The notes beneath the pieces are model-generated. The model was given only the letters and a program-made list of their open reading frames with translations. It was not told the DNA's origin and ran no database searches. Source: Thermodesulfovibrionia bacterium (GTDB lineage: Bacteria; Nitrospirota; Thermodesulfovibrionia; UBA6902). From it: DNA of 64,000 nucleotides. This document shows positions 34,843 through 45,312 of this stretch, one piece after another. Each line of letters begins with the position of its first letter. The stretch's first letter is position 1. The stretch lies in assembly GCA_963699585.1 (NCBI GenBank), contig CAVOUK010000007.1, forward strand, positions 361-64,360. The letters are read 5' to 3'. The position numbers were made by a program, and so were the translations under genes.

Positions 34843-34962
34843 AAAATCAAGGAAGTAATTTAATGTTCTCTGTTATGTATGCAGAGACCTAAAAAGATTA
34901 CGGATCACGCCAACCGGCAGGCAGACGAGCCGGAATGACCCGGAAAAGGAAGGTGATCTTAT

Positions 34963-35583
34963 ATGATTACAAAAGTTGAGCTCTACAAAAAAGAAGATAT
35001 TAAGGCGGCATTAATGGCGCTGTATGATTTAGCTGAAAATGCAGAGAATTGCATACTGTCCCTGGAGACCGCTTTTATTTACAGTAAGACCACGCCATTG
35101 AAAGGGTGTCGCGAAGTCATCAAAAATATTAAAAGGGAAGGGGTTGAGTTAACAAAAAAGTTAACAGATATCGTTTATGACAATGCAGACTTAAAATGCT
35201 ATGTTTCAGTTCCGGGACATCTCCTGATAATCGGGGAGTATCTCGAAAAAATTGCTGATCTTGTGGAAGAAAAGATCCTGGGGAATATCCTTTTTTCCGA
35301 TAAAGCAGAGAAAGAAACGATGTTCCTTCTTCAGAGGCTCAGCGAAATCCTGTGGACGGCTTCATCCTTAATACTTGCGAGAAATACTTTCCTTGGTATG
35401 TACATCGAAGAGGCCACTTCAAATCTGGAAAAGATGGCAGACGAATACGCCACGCTTCATGAAGAAAGGCTGATAGAGGGTTTGTGTCTTCCCGTGGCTT
35501 CATCCGTGTATGTCAATATGCTTGATGCAATAAAAAACGTTGCGTGGCATATAAAGGAAATAGCAAGGCATCTTACCGGATGA
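34963..35583 (+). CDS. Stand-alone PhoU-like helical protein (resembles the Na/Pi cotransporter cytoplasmic domain)
   Basis: ILFSDKA.KE and HEERLIEGLC.PVASSVYVNMLD motifs. Confidence 0.72.
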   Translation: MITKVELYKKEDIKAALMALYDLAENAENCILSLETAFIYSKTTPLKGCREVIKNIKREGVELTKKLTDIVYDNADLKCYVSVPGHLLIIGEYLEKIADLVEEKILGNILFSDKAEKETMFLLQRLSEILWTASSLILARNTFLGMYIEEATSNLEKMADEYATLHEERLIEGLCLPVASSVYVNMLDAIKNVAWHIKEIARHLTG

Positions 35584-35624
35584 TCCTGTTTTATCTGGAG
35601 CAAGGCATGGCTTAAAACCAGTAC

Positions 35625-35713
35625 AGTGATGAAGTTATGAAGCGATGAAGTGAAGAAGCAACAGATGACTCCTTTACTTCCAGACTTCCGCGCTTTCGAT
35701 CTTCCGCACTTCT
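35625..35713. repeat. Octamer tandem-repeat palindrome between convergent genes
   Basis: GAAGTTAT GAAGCGAT GAAGTGAA GAAGCAAC ... CTTCCAGA CTTCCGCG CTTTCGAT CTTCCGCA. Confidence 0.75.
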
Positions 35714-36526
35714 TTACTTTATCAGACTATCGAGTTCGTCCAGATTGAATGAGCTTTCATGGGCTTTCCCCATCCATCTGGAGCACCGATTTGCATTTAG
35801 GGGAATTCCAACCGGCGGGATATCCATTTTAATGCATAACCTCATTCCGTGAACAAGTTCAGGTACGCATGCGATCCCAAGGGCGCCGACACTTTGATGT
35901 TCGGCCTTTAGTCTTTTGAAAAGTTTATCGAGATCCATTGTGAGAGAGATGTATGGATGGATGTTATATTGCTTCAACAGAAGACCTCCGAGATTTACAA
36001 AACATTCCTTAGTGCATCCCTTGCAAACCGATTCAATATCTCCAGGGACAGAGCAGCAATTCGGCCTGAAATCCCGCAGGCAATGCGCGATCAGAGCAAA
36101 TTTATACCCGCTGTTCCTGAACGCCTCCCTGTAGATCCGGTTAACCAGTTCAATCTCAAGCATGTAGAGATGGTACTGTTCTTCTTTTGTTCGTAATATA
36201 CTGTCAAATCTCTGTGAAAACGGCAGGGTCCTCAGATGCTCTTTAACTCCTGCGGTATAGAGAGAGAGGGATTCTTTTAAGGCCTTTTTTATAAAAGAAA
36301 TGAGTGGTCTGTCAACCTGCCTTTCTGAAAGCCTGCCTAATATGGTCCTGTTGCCGCTTGCTTTCTGAATTTGTGAAAGCAGTCTCTTTTCATCCGGACA
36401 CCGCTGTAAAAATAGACCTGCCAGCTCTTTAATAACACGGTAGTATTCATCCGTTGAGAATTTATCAGCAAAAAGGGAATATGTCTTCCCCTGAACAGCC
36501 TTGTATTTGATCCCTTGGGCATTCAC
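35714..36526 (-). CDS. DUF116-domain protein
   Basis: HCLR..C..C..C..C and GIACVPEL..G..GIPL...C pattern. Confidence 0.8.
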   Translation of the reverse strand: MNAQGIKYKAVQGKTYSLFADKFSTDEYYRVIKELAGLFLQRCPDEKRLLSQIQKASGNRTILGRLSERQVDRPLISFIKKALKESLSLYTAGVKEHLRTLPFSQRFDSILRTKEEQYHLYMLEIELVNRIYREAFRNSGYKFALIAHCLRDFRPNCCSVPGDIESVCKGCTKECFVNLGGLLLKQYNIHPYISLTMDLDKLFKRLKAEHQSVGALGIACVPELVHGMRLCIKMDIPPVGIPLNANRCSRWMGKAHESSFNLDELDSLIK

Positions 36527-36655
36527 TGCTTAATTATAAATAGTTTAAGGGCAATAAAGCTCGGAAGCCGGTCAGCAGTTTGCGCTTAATATTTACGGGA
36601 AATATGCCGATATGATAACTAATTCATTTATGAAAAGAGATAAAAAGGAGGATTT

Positions 36656-37291
36656 ATGATCGGATGGATACTATTAGGGACAGTCATTCTGTTCCTGTTG
36701 TGGGTGATTATAACCTATAACAGCCTTATATCGCTTCGGAACAATGTCCAGAATGCCTGGAAACAGATCGATGTCCAGTTAAAGCGCAGGCATGACCTCA
36801 TTCCCAATGTTGTCTCCGCGGTCAAAGGGGCAATGGAGTTTGAACAGGATACCCTCGAAAAAGTAATCAGCGCAAGGGCAAAAGCAGTGTCCTCGGTCGG
36901 CGCTCAGGAAAAGGCAGGCGCCGAAAATATGCTCACACAGACACTGGGTAAACTTTTTGCGGTTATGGAAAATTATCCTGACCTTAAATCAAATGCAAAT
37001 ATTATACAGCTTCAGGAAGAACTGACATCAACAGAGAACAAGATCAGTTTCTCCCGGCAAATGTACAATGACCTGGTGGCGAACTACAGGACCAGGCAGG
37101 AAGTTTTTCCAAATACGATCATCGCATCTGTGTTCAGCGGATTTCGGAAGGCAGAATATTTTGAGGTATCAGCGGCTGACCGGGCAGTGCCGATTGCAGA
37201 TACAAGTATACGGAAAAGCCATACCTGCCTGAACCAGATAAAAGAAAGACTGTATGTCTTTTCAGAAATGAATGTCCATAACATTTATTGA
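36656..37291 (+). CDS. lemA: LemA family protein (3' end may be extended by an indel)
   Basis: N-terminal TM, QIDVQLKRRHDLIPN, ENYPDLKS, TENKISFSRQ. Confidence 0.95.
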   Translation: MIGWILLGTVILFLLWVIITYNSLISLRNNVQNAWKQIDVQLKRRHDLIPNVVSAVKGAMEFEQDTLEKVISARAKAVSSVGAQEKAGAENMLTQTLGKLFAVMENYPDLKSNANIIQLQEELTSTENKISFSRQMYNDLVANYRTRQEVFPNTIIASVFSGFRKAEYFEVSAADRAVPIADTSIRKSHTCLNQIKERLYVFSEMNVHNIY

Positions 37292-38946
37292 TATCGAGCG
37301 ACAAAAGAGCTGGCGGATCGTCATATTCTTTTCTGTCCTTATTATGCTGTATTTTCTAATATCCTTTGCCCTGGTAGCCTCCTTCTATCCACTTATTCCC
37401 GTTCAGCGGTTTCTCTATGAAACTCTTTTCTTCAGGAACCGTCCTTCCTTATCGTGGTTTTTATCTCTTCAGTAATTATAGCCTCGATCCATTTCTGTCT
37501 CTCTTCCCTCAACGCAGTAGCTTATATGAAAGAAAAGTTTACCCGCCCTGGCGCCTGATACCGAAGATGAGATTCATAAGCAACTGATAAATATTGTGGA
37601 TGAGATACAGATTGCATCCGGGAGGAAAATAAACATTCAGTGTCTGGTCATACCGTCCCTTTCTGTTAATGCATTGTCGGCAGTGGACCTCAGGGGAAAT
37701 GCGATAATCGCAATTACAGAAGGGCTGCTTTCGAGGATATCAAGGGCGCAGCTTGAAACTGTAATTGCGCATGAGGCCTACCACATCCTTTCCGGGGATT
37801 GCCTTGAAACAACGATCGCTGCCAGCCTGTTCGGCATACCTTCTGCAGCCATTGAAAAGGTCTGCAATGCCTCGGAAGGCCGTATCTTTTTTGTACCGGC
37901 ATTCCTTTTCGCATGGCTATTGGTAAAGGTCAGCTACATGTTAAACATGTTCATTTCGCGGGAGCGTGAATACCGCGCAGATGCAGGAGCTGTACGTATG
38001 ACAAGAAATCCTTTGGCTCTTGCTGAAGTTCTGCACATGCTCTCCCGTCGCTGGAAAGGCATTGGACATATAGGCGCCGGAATTGAAATGCTATGTATAA
38101 TGAATACTTCTGACAGCATTCTTGATGAATCAGAGGGATGGCTTGCAGATCTTATGTCCACTCATCCCCCGGTCAATAAAAGGATAAAAATACTTTTGCA
38201 GATGGCACATACAGGAATTTCCGACGCTGACCAGGCAGATAGATGGAGGTGAAAATAAAAAACTCAACGAAGTACCTGAATACATGTTCTATGCCCTCGA
38301 TAATAAATATCAATGGCAGGGGCCTTTTACAGTAATGGAACTCGCGGTTTTACCATGGCTGTCTGCTGATACCTGGATCTCTAACAATGGGGATGCCCTG
38401 GTAAAAGCATCACAGTTACAGCTTTCCGATGTTATGCTCAGGAAGCGATTCGCAAGTGATGCGAAAGCTGTATCAGACTACCTGTGTCCGTCCTGCCGGA
38501 ATCCATTAATACCGGAGACTTATGAAAAAACAAAGATTTACCAGTGCAGATTTTGCGGCGGTTCACTGGTGGATGATGTCAAATTGCCACGGATAATCGT
38601 AAGGAAGGATGTAAAATATTCAGAGAGGATCAATGCATTGTCAAGAATAACGCTCAGTGAAAATCAGCTCAGGCAGCTTGCCAGAAATAAAAACAACTCT
38701 GCAAAGGCGAATATGAATTTATTATATTGTCCTAAATGCAAAAGCAGGATGAACAGGACCTTCTACAGCATGGCGTATTTAGTTGAACTGGACCGTTGCA
38801 GTTATTGCGGGATAAGCTGGTTTGAAAATGATGAACTCGAAATCCTGCAGTGCATGATAGACAACAGGATGGCCTCAACCCCGCTGCCGCTTCAGGATGC
38901 CTCTGAAAAAAGCAATGTCTTAAACGAGTTCCCCGGCAGCACGTAA
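37272..38946 (+). CDS. HtpX-like M48 metalloprotease fused to a GYF-like domain and two Zn-ribbons; several frameshifts
   Basis: ORFs 37272, 37596 and 38284. NA, TEGLL, HEAYH, SREREYRADAGA, STHPP; WQGPF; CPSC..CRFCGG and CPKC..CSYCGISW. Confidence 0.8.
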
Positions 38947-38989
38947 GCGGGTTAGACAATCAGTAGCCCTTTGATGGTATTTTAATCCT

Positions 38990-39793
38990 ATGAAAGCCGG
39001 TTTTTATCAATTCAATCCATCATTCGGCAAGAAAGAAGAAAATATCGGCAAAATGATCTCTGCCATAGGCAATACGGAAATTGATCTTCTTGTGCTCCCG
39101 GAGTTTTTTGCAACAGGATATCAATTTACTCATTGCAGCGAAGTGGCACAACTTGCTGAACCTGTTCCGGATGGATATACAACCAGGACACTTTCATTGT
39201 TGTCCCGTAAAAAGAACATGTACATTGCGGCAGGTCTTCCGGAAATGCATGAAGACAAATTTTATAATTCTGCAATCCTTACAGGACCGGAAGGCTTCAT
39301 AGGCGTTTACAGGAAGACCCATCTCTATCTCGAGGAAAATCTTTACTTCACCCCTGGTGATACGGGTTTCAGGGTCTGGGATACCAAAGCAGGACGTATA
39401 GGCATAATGATATGCTTTGACTGGTTCTTCCCCGAAGCCATGAGGACCCTCGCCCTTTCAGGCGCAGATATTGTGGCCCATCCGTCAAACCTTGTCCTGC
39501 CTTATTGCCCCGATTCAATGCCTCTCAGATGTCTTGAGAACAGGGTGTTCGCAATAACTGCCAACAGAACAGGAACTGAGAACAGGAAAGAAGGTCCTTC
39601 TCTGCGGTTCATTGGAAAAAGCGAAATCGTGTCACCAAAAGGAGAAATACTGATAAGGGCGCCGGAAGCTGAAGAGGCGCTGATGGTAACAGACATTGAT
39701 CCGACAGCCTCAAGAAACAAGACCCTCAATTCATTTAACGATATTTTTAAAGACAGAAGGCCTGAAATGTATCGGGTCCCGCATAAAGAGTAA
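38990..39793 (+). CDS. Carbon-nitrogen hydrolase (nitrilase superfamily)
   Basis: LPE, YRKTHL and ICFDW catalytic triad E-K-C. Confidence 0.93.
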   Translation: MKAGFYQFNPSFGKKEENIGKMISAIGNTEIDLLVLPEFFATGYQFTHCSEVAQLAEPVPDGYTTRTLSLLSRKKNMYIAAGLPEMHEDKFYNSAILTGPEGFIGVYRKTHLYLEENLYFTPGDTGFRVWDTKAGRIGIMICFDWFFPEAMRTLALSGADIVAHPSNLVLPYCPDSMPLRCLENRVFAITANRTGTENRKEGPSLRFIGKSEIVSPKGEILIRAPEAEEALMVTDIDPTASRNKTLNSFNDIFKDRRPEMYRVPHKE

Positions 39794-39812
39794 TTATAAG
39801 TGTACCCTTTGC

Positions 39813-39881
39813 GTCATTCCCGCAAGCGAAGCGCGTCGGGAATCCTCTTTGCAATCAAGATTCCGGACAAGCCGGAATGAC
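39813..39881. repeat. Family E element with GTCATTCC...GGAATGAC termini and two internal hairpins
   Basis: GTCATTCCCGCAAGCGAAGCGCGTCGGGAATC...GATTCCGGACAAGCCGGAATGAC. Confidence 0.85.
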
Positions 39882-39985
39882 AGACAAGACATTGTTCAAT
39901 AAATTCATACAAATGTATACATAAAGTATCCATTTGCACTATTTTTTGCTTGCATTTTTATTATTTAATATTATAATATTTATCA

Positions 39986-40837
39986 ATGCCGGAGGTTTTA
40001 GAAACAGAATTATCTCAGATTGAACCGCAAAAACAGGACGATTCGAGAACAGAAGCCGGCCTCGAATCCGAACCCCTGAATAATTTTCATTTTAAGCTGC
40101 CGGTCTTTGAAGGCCCGCTGGACCTGCTTCTTCACTTAATAAGAGAAAACAAAATAGACATATACGATATTCCCATCATCGAGATAACCCATCAGTACAT
40201 AAAATACCTTGAACTGATGAAAGAGCTCAACCTTGAAATTGCCGGCGAATTTCTTGTGATGGCTGCAACCCTGATCCATATAAAATCAAAAATGCTGCTC
40301 CCCCCCGATGAAGAGGAAAAGAAAGAGCCTGCTGAGGACCCGAGGGCTGAACTCATTCAAAGGCTGCTTGAGTATCAGTCGTACAAAGAGTCCTCAGGGT
40401 TTCTAAGAAAACGGGAAGAGATATGGAAGAATATTTTTCAGAAAAGTATGCCTGACAGGGAAGACATTACATTTGAGCCTGAGCCGTTACTTTTTGAAGC
40501 GAATGTCTTTGACCTTATTACAGCCTTCAAAAAACTGCTTGAGACGGCCCCTGTACAGGCCCGCGAGATAACGAGGGAGACGCTGACTGTGGCTGATAAA
40601 ATAAATTTTATCATGGAGCGCATAGAGAAGGAAGAAGGCATACGGTTCGAAGACCTGTTTGAAGACGGATTTACAAGGGTCACCCTTATTGTAATGTTTC
40701 TGGCCCTGCTTGAACTTATAAGACTTGGTTTGGTAAAAATATATCAGGAAAAGGCGTTTGGCGTTATCTGGGTCATCAACCCGCAAATTCAGGCTGATAC
40801 ATATCCGGCCGGAGTTGTTCAGGAGCTTTTGTCATAG
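39986..40837 (+). CDS. scpA: Segregation and condensation protein A
   Basis: FEGPLDLLLHLI, GEFLVMAATL, FLALLEL. Confidence 0.96.
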   Translation: MPEVLETELSQIEPQKQDDSRTEAGLESEPLNNFHFKLPVFEGPLDLLLHLIRENKIDIYDIPIIEITHQYIKYLELMKELNLEIAGEFLVMAATLIHIKSKMLLPPDEEEKKEPAEDPRAELIQRLLEYQSYKESSGFLRKREEIWKNIFQKSMPDREDITFEPEPLLFEANVFDLITAFKKLLETAPVQAREITRETLTVADKINFIMERIEKEEGIRFEDLFEDGFTRVTLIVMFLALLELIRLGLVKIYQEKAFGVIWVINPQIQADTYPAGVVQELLS

Positions 40838-41223
40838 CAGGAAAGGTGTCCTTTCTTTTTTATTTCTTCTACTGATTCCTTTATAGTCTGACGTACAAGT
40901 TCATTTTCGTCATTTAATGCCTCAGTTAAGAAAGGCATTGCATCATTATGTCCAATGATCCCGAGCAGATACGCAGCGTCTCCCCTTAATGTGGGGCTGT
41001 GATTTTTCAAGACCTCTGCGATCCCCGGGATCGCTTTTACAATATTATCTATATCTTTCCCGAGCAGCATTTCTACAAGCGCTACCGCGCCAAGCCGGAC
41101 CCGGCTCCTTTCATCTCCAAGCAACTCACCTATCATAGGGTACAGGGTTTTGTCGTGGGTGAACATATCAGCAATGTTTTCAAGGAATCCGTTCTCCATA
41201 TAATCGGATATAAGTTTTTTCAT
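40819..41223 (-). CDS. HEAT-repeat protein
   Basis: LLGDERSRVRLGA, LRGDAAYLLGIIG and ALNDENELVR repeats; likely start ATG 41223. Confidence 0.8.
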   Translation of the reverse strand: MKKLISDYMENGFLENIADMFTHDKTLYPMIGELLGDERSRVRLGAVALVEMLLGKDIDNIVKAIPGIAEVLKNHSPTLRGDAAYLLGIIGHNDAMPFLTEALNDENELVRQTIKESVEEIKKKGHLSCYDKSS

Positions 41224-41278
41224 AGGTTTAATTTTTTCAACAAAGCGAGGTGTTATACGTCTCAGCAGAATACTGATT

Positions 41279-41352
41279 GTCATTCGCGCTTTCATGAATC
41301 CGTCCGGGTTGCCCGGCATCAGAAAGAAAGATTCTGGACAAGCCAGAATGAC
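41279..41352. repeat. Family E element (variant)
   Basis: GTCATTC...GATTCTGGACAAGCCAGAATGAC. Confidence 0.75.
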
Positions 41353-41407
41353 GATTCATGCACCACGTTATGCCGAGTTGCAGGGAAACGATAACGGCTC
41401 AACTGTC

Positions 41408-42434
41408 TCATTTTATGATTATCCTGCCCTTGCCTTTCACGGCCTCACCGATAATCCAGTAGGGCATTTGCTCTCTTTTTGCCGTCCTTGCAAACACTTT
41501 TAAACCCTTTGGAGGAAGCGCAATCAGCAATCCACCCGATGTCTGGGGGTCAGACAGGACCAATATGTCTTCCCTTGCGAGATTTTTCAGGATATGTTAT
41601 ATCTTTATTGCAGAACTCAAGATTTCTCTCCGCCCCTTTCGGTACCATTCCCAATGATGCAAATTTTTTTACCCCGTCCATGACAGGAATTTTGTTATAA
41701 AAGATAACAAGGTCCGTTTTTGAGGTTTTTGCGATATTTAACCCGTGTCCCAATAAACCAAATCCCGTAACATCGGTTGCAGCCCGTGCTCCGGAGCGGA
41801 CCGCGACCTTTGAAGCGGTTTTATTGAGCTGAAGCATCGATGCAATCGCTTTGTTCAAACCTCCTTTCTGCACTTTACCGCGTTTAGCCGCAGAAGTAAG
41901 AATGCCTGTGCCAAGGGGCTTTGTAAGAATAAGGATGTCCCCGGGAGAAGCCCCGGCTACAGTTAGAACTCCTTTTTTATCAACGACACCTGTCACCGCA
42001 AGTCCGAACTTGAATTCATTGTCTTCAATGCTGTGACCGCCTATCAGGCAAGCGCCGGCTTCCTCAAGTTTGTCAATGCAGCCTTTAAGTAGTTTTTTGA
42101 TGACCGGCGCGCCAAAATCACAGGAAGGAAAGCCAAGTATGGCAAGGGCTGTAAGGGGTGTTCCTCCCATAGCGTAAACATCGCTTACTGAATTTGCAGT
42201 GCATATTGCGCCAAAGGTGTATGGGTCGTCAACTATAGGGGTGATAACGTCAACAGTCTCGACCAACAGTGTATTTCCGTAACGGAATATACCAGCGTCA
42301 TCACCCGGCCCTACGACCACATTCCTGCTTTTGCACTTGTATATATCCGCTAAAATTTCCGATAGGTCCGCCGGACCTAATTTAGCCGCTCAGCCGCCTG
42401 CTTTAACTTTCTCTGTAAGCCTTATGTTTTTCAT
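41408..42434 (-). CDS. selD: Selenide, water dikinase; selenoprotein (UGA codon 15); frameshift near 41580
   Basis: MKNIRLTEKVKAGG-U-AAKLGPADL is in frame with ORF 41550..42320 (DDAG, ANSVSDVYAMGG, GGHS, TDVTGFGLLGH). DPQTSGGLL follows the frameshift. Confidence 0.95.
42363..42392 (-). promoter_or_regulatory. Sec UGA codon plus putative bacterial SECIS hairpin
   Basis: TGA at 42392-42390; 10 nt downstream is TAGGTCC-GGC-GGACCTA (42379-42363). Confidence 0.8.
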
Positions 42435-42442
42435 ACGAATCT

Positions 42443-42471
42443 ATATTACTGAAAAAATTTTGGCATGTCAA
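42443..42471 (-). promoter_or_regulatory. sigma70 promoter of selD, leaderless geometry
   Basis: TTGACA, 17 nt, TAATAT, then 8 nt to the ATG. Confidence 0.7.
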
Positions 42472-42573
42472 AACAGCAAAATGATATTCACCCCGTTAGA
42501 AGGACGAAAATCTTTTAACAGGGTTTACCCGTTTTTTGACTTTTGAGCCGGAATTTCTGTATGTTACATAGTT

Positions 42574-43227
42574 ATGATAGATTTGCATATGCATACTCTG
42601 CTAAGTGACGGGGTACTTCTTCCATCAGAGCTTATCCAGAGGGCTTACAGCATGGGATACAGGGCGATGGCGCTTACAGATCATGTGGATATGTCCAATA
42701 TCGATTTTGTTATTCCAAGAATTGTCAATGTGATCCGGGAAATTTCAGAGTTCACCCCGTTGACTGTCATCCCCGGCGCCGAGATAACACATGTACCTCC
42801 AAAACTTATTCCGGTCATGGTAAAAAAGGCCCGGGACCTTGGCGCAAAGATTGTAGTTGTGCATGGGGAAACTCTTGCCGAACCTGTGGCAGCCGGAACA
42901 AACAGGGCCGGGATTGAAGCAGGGGCGGATATTATTTCACATCCGGGGTTGATCAGTCCGGAAGATGCAATATTAGCAAAAGAACGCGGTGTTGCACTTG
43001 AGATCACAACCAGAAAGGGTCACAGCATCTCAAATGGCCATCTTGCCAAGATCGCCCTTGAAACAGGGGCCCTGCTTGTTATTAACACAGATTCTCACGC
43101 GCCGGAGGACCTGATCACACTTGAAAGGGCCAGGATGATTCTGCGCGCCTCAGGTATTACGGAAAAAAATACAGACCATACTATCGCAAACTCAGAAAAG
43201 CTTCTATATAAAATCGGGAGGAATTAA
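42574..43227 (+). CDS. PHP-domain phosphoesterase (histidinol-phosphatase-like)
   Basis: DLHMHT..SDG, LTDH, GAEITH, HGET, NTDSH. Confidence 0.9.
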   Translation: MIDLHMHTLLSDGVLLPSELIQRAYSMGYRAMALTDHVDMSNIDFVIPRIVNVIREISEFTPLTVIPGAEITHVPPKLIPVMVKKARDLGAKIVVVHGETLAEPVAAGTNRAGIEAGADIISHPGLISPEDAILAKERGVALEITTRKGHSISNGHLAKIALETGALLVINTDSHAPEDLITLERARMILRASGITEKNTDHTIANSEKLLYKIGRN

Positions 43228-43980
43228 ATGCCTAAGGTTATCAAGAAAAAACCTTCAAAAAAGAGACCTGTTGAGAAAACAGAAGAGGTAAAAACAGCCG
43301 CCCTGCATGCATTTGATGCAATAAAGGCAAGACAAATGCAGGTGACAATACTTGTATCTGTAATTGCAGTAATCGCCATTATTGTTATTGTTTTGAAGTT
43401 ATATTCTTCTTCTCAAAACAATAAGGCCCATGAGCTTGAGATAAAAGCTAACAGTATTTATTACACTGTTAACCCAAATAACCCGCTGCCTGAAGCTGAA
43501 AAGTGGAAAAAAGCATTAGAACTTTACAAGCAGGCTGTTGATATCAAGGCAACTCCTGCGGCCCTGTTTTCACTCGGAAACTGTTATTACAATCTCGGTG
43601 ACTATGAAAATGCAATAAAACAATACAATATGTTTGCCGGTAAATTCAGCAATGATGATATTATATTGCCCCTTGTCTATCAGAAACTGGTCTCAGCTTA
43701 TTTTAAAACCGGCAAGAATGACGCAGCTATCGAGACGCTTGCCAGGCTTGCTAAAATCAGGAGCGGGGCCTTCAGGGATACAGCTTTATCGATGGAAGCA
43801 AGGCACTATGAAGAAACAGGAGATAATGTAAAAGCACAGGAAAAATACCGGGCGCTTGCCAGTGAATTCCCGAACTCACCCTGGAGCGCCGAGGCTACTG
43901 CAAAGGTATCCGGCAGCACCGGGAAAAATACAGCAACAATTGAACAAACTCAACCTGCCGCAGAGGCAGTAAAAAAATAA
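43228..43980 (+). CDS. Membrane-anchored TPR protein (YfgM-like)
   Basis: Basic N-terminus, one TM, TPR motifs (LGNCYYNLGDYENAI). Confidence 0.8.
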   Translation: MPKVIKKKPSKKRPVEKTEEVKTAALHAFDAIKARQMQVTILVSVIAVIAIIVIVLKLYSSSQNNKAHELEIKANSIYYTVNPNNPLPEAEKWKKALELYKQAVDIKATPAALFSLGNCYYNLGDYENAIKQYNMFAGKFSNDDIILPLVYQKLVSAYFKTGKNDAAIETLARLAKIRSGAFRDTALSMEARHYEETGDNVKAQEKYRALASEFPNSPWSAEATAKVSGSTGKNTATIEQTQPAAEAVKK

Positions 43981-43990
43981 AAAACATTGG

Positions 43991-44099
43991 GCCACAGATT
44001 AACACAGACAAGAAAAAATGAGAAGTTAAAAGTAAGAAGTGAGAAGTAAAGAAAAAACTTTATACTTCTTACTTAAATAAGTCAGTGTAAGTCAGTGGC
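43991..44099 (+). repeat. Family C MITE-like element
   Basis: GCCACAGATTAACACAGA...AAGTAAG AAGTGAG...AAATAAGTCAGTGTAAGTCAGTGGC; the last 27 nt are identical to the copy at 22348. Confidence 0.87.
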
Positions 44100-44118
44100 T
44101 AAAATGCTGTTTTTAGAT

Positions 44119-45135
44119 TTAATAAATTGCGACACCCCACGGCGAACCGGAATATGTACTGTCGGTTGAGGGAGAAAGCTTCACGGTCCCTGTAATTTTA
44201 TTGTTTGTAGTGTCCATTATTGCAAGCGAAACATCGCCATGATTAGCTACATAGACCCTGTTGTTTTCCGGGTCGACGGCAACTCCGATCGGCTCTTTAC
44301 CTATATTGATTTTTTCAATTACCTTGTCAGTGGCTGTATCGATGACCACTAACATATTTTCTTCTCTTATCGTCACATAGGCCCTGTTTTTTGCAGGATC
44401 TGTCGCTATATACCACGCTGTCTTGCCGACGTCTATTGTGGTTGTCTCCTTGTTGCTCCTGGCGTCAATTACCGACACCTTTCCTTTACCATGAATGGCT
44501 ACATAAACTTTCTTCCTGTTCTGGTCCACTGCTATACCTAAAGGAGTATCAACCATCTTAATTGTATCTACGACCTTGTTATCTGCCATGTTAACCACTG
44601 AAACTGTCCAGTCACCGGAATTACTTACAAAAAGTTTATTGTCCATGGTATTCATATCAAAAGGCCCAACGCCCACCTCAATTTTACCTTTAACGGTATT
44701 GGTCTTAAGGTCAATAACAGAGAGGGTTTTGTTTACGTTCTTTCCGTCAACTATATGCTCTGTATCCGCGGCATAACCTGTCCCTGCGCCCGGATTAAGC
44801 GCCATGCTCATCGGGCCGAGGCCGACTTTTATTGAGGCAATTATAGAATGGCTGTCAGTGTCAATAACAGAAACCGTGCTGTCCCCCTCATTTGAGTTAA
44901 CAACATAGGCCCTTTTGGCTGCGGGATTAATTGTTATGCCCGCCGGCCATACGCCTACCCTGATCGTATCGACAACTTTATTGGTTGAAGTATCAACAAT
45001 TGAAACTGTACCGCTGCCGGCATTAGTAACATATACATGTTTGGATGCAGCGTGTATATCAGATACTGATATTGCAAACGCTGCAACAACACTCATGATA
45101 ACTACTGGAATTTTTAGGCTTTTTGATCTTAGCAT
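44119..45135 (-). CDS. Secreted YVTN/YncE beta-propeller protein
   Basis: Signal peptide and about seven YVTN..VSVID..I.VG..P repeats. Confidence 0.92.
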   Translation of the reverse strand: MLRSKSLKIPVVIMSVVAAFAISVSDIHAASKHVYVTNAGSGTVSIVDTSTNKVVDTIRVGVWPAGITINPAAKRAYVVNSNEGDSTVSVIDTDSHSIIASIKVGLGPMSMALNPGAGTGYAADTEHIVDGKNVNKTLSVIDLKTNTVKGKIEVGVGPFDMNTMDNKLFVSNSGDWTVSVVNMADNKVVDTIKMVDTPLGIAVDQNRKKVYVAIHGKGKVSVIDARSNKETTTIDVGKTAWYIATDPAKNRAYVTIREENMLVVIDTATDKVIEKINIGKEPIGVAVDPENNRVYVANHGDVSLAIMDTTNNKITGTVKLSPSTDSTYSGSPWGVAIY

Positions 45136-45214
45136 GTTCTTCTCCTTTTATTTTGATCTTGTATTTTTACAGGTTCTATTTATAAAACTTTCCTTCATGA
45201 AATGTCAAACCTGA

Positions 45215-45312
45215 AGGTCAGAAGCAAGGGATAAGGATTAAGGGGTAAGGGGCAAGAAGTCAGGAGGAAGGAGGTGCTTTTTGCTGTTTTCTGTCTACTG
45301 CCTACTTATAGT
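45215..45312. repeat. Heptamer palindromic array
   Basis: AGGTCAG AAGCAAG GGATAAG GATTAAG GGGTAAG GGGCAAG AAGTCAG GAGGAAG ... TCTACTG CCTACTT. Confidence 0.7.
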
